Shown: positions 50,948-51,070 of the stretch, in pieces
How the letters are laid out: every line of letters begins with the position of its first letter
How positions within the stretch are numbered: position 1 is the first letter of the stretch
Origin: a virus
IMG/VR virus record: IMGVR_UViG_3300010279_000002
Span: 1 to 51,070 of that record
Length of the DNA: 51,070 nt
Strand: one strand, 5' to 3'
Notes under the pieces: generated by a model
Databases searched by the model: none
What the model was told of the DNA's origin: nothing
The model's input: the letters and a program-made list of their open reading frames with translations, nothing else
Program-made: the position numbers and the translations under genes

Positions 50948-51070
50948 TAGTGGAGATGGGCGGACTTTAACAAATGATATTGTCCGATGTCAATATGATG
51001 CCGTTGTCTATCAAAACCATCATTTTTCAATTATTTATAAATTATACTTGCTATTTAACTCTTTCAAAAA
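50948..51070. repeat. Terminal direct repeat, copy 2
   Basis: Exact match to 1..123. Confidence 0.9.

Larger units (their letters stand above)
1..51070. mobile_element. Complete temperate tailed-phage genome, circularly permuted (unit 50,947 bp)
   Basis: Integrase/repressor, replication-recombination, terminase-portal-capsid-tail and lysis modules are all present. Bases 1..123 are identical to 50948..51070, so the ends overlap. Confidence 0.85.

Noticed and set aside
1-51070. Identity with Mu-like, DGR-bearing Bacteroides phages (transposable type)
   Set aside because: This genome has a tyrosine integrase, an att-like region and terminase small and large subunits. It shows no transposase/MuB-type genes, so it is a different backbone that carries a similar style of DGR.

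Overview
The window is one complete, circularly permuted genome of a temperate siphovirus-like dsDNA phage. The unit length is 50,947 bp, and bases 1..123 recur exactly at 50948..51070. Expression signals look Bacteroidota-like: TAnnTTTG -7 boxes at operon heads, lipobox lipoproteins and little Shine-Dalgarno signal. Module order is as follows. (1) Lysogeny, minus strand: tyrosine integrase, HTH protein, lipoprotein moron, a stand-alone paralogue of the SPP1-gp7/Mu-F head-morphogenesis domain, and an XRE repressor. (2) A divergent switch region at 3454..3671. (3) Early genes, plus strand: LuxR-type regulator, Rad50/SbcC-like ATPase, RecT, MBL-fold nuclease, replication initiator, DnaC-like loader, Rha/KilAC antirepressor, C5 DNA methyltransferase, MazG, SSB, GNAT, RuvC-like resolvase and ParB-like protein. 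(4) Packaging and head: TerS, TerL, portal, and a 1226-aa polyvalent gp7-family protein carrying an HExxH peptidase motif and a C-terminal ADP-ribosyltransferase. (5) An 11-gene minus-strand accessory island (24728..28514) that includes an ADP-ribosylglycohydrolase. (6) Scaffold, decoration protein, major capsid protein, connectors, major tail protein, chaperone pair, tape measure, two Dit paralogues and a 1590-aa collagen-repeat tail protein. (7) A diversity-generating retroelement (DGR). (8) Lysis: holin, amidase and a u-spanin-like lipoprotein. The most notable result is the DGR. One template repeat (TR 46941..47054) matches the C-terminus of the adjacent 437-aa target (VR1 46730..46843; 17 mismatches, all at TR adenines). 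It also matches a second, remote variable region in a 172-aa protein inside the early recombination module (VR2 8703..8779; 11-12 mismatches, all at TR adenines). Other notable items are a packaged-ART / ARH gene pair, a 51-bp perfect inverted repeat linking the two gp7-domain genes, a recurrent 15-bp inverted-repeat element at operon boundaries, and an in-frame TGA in a conserved-looking small gene. All calls come from manual reading. No database search was run.
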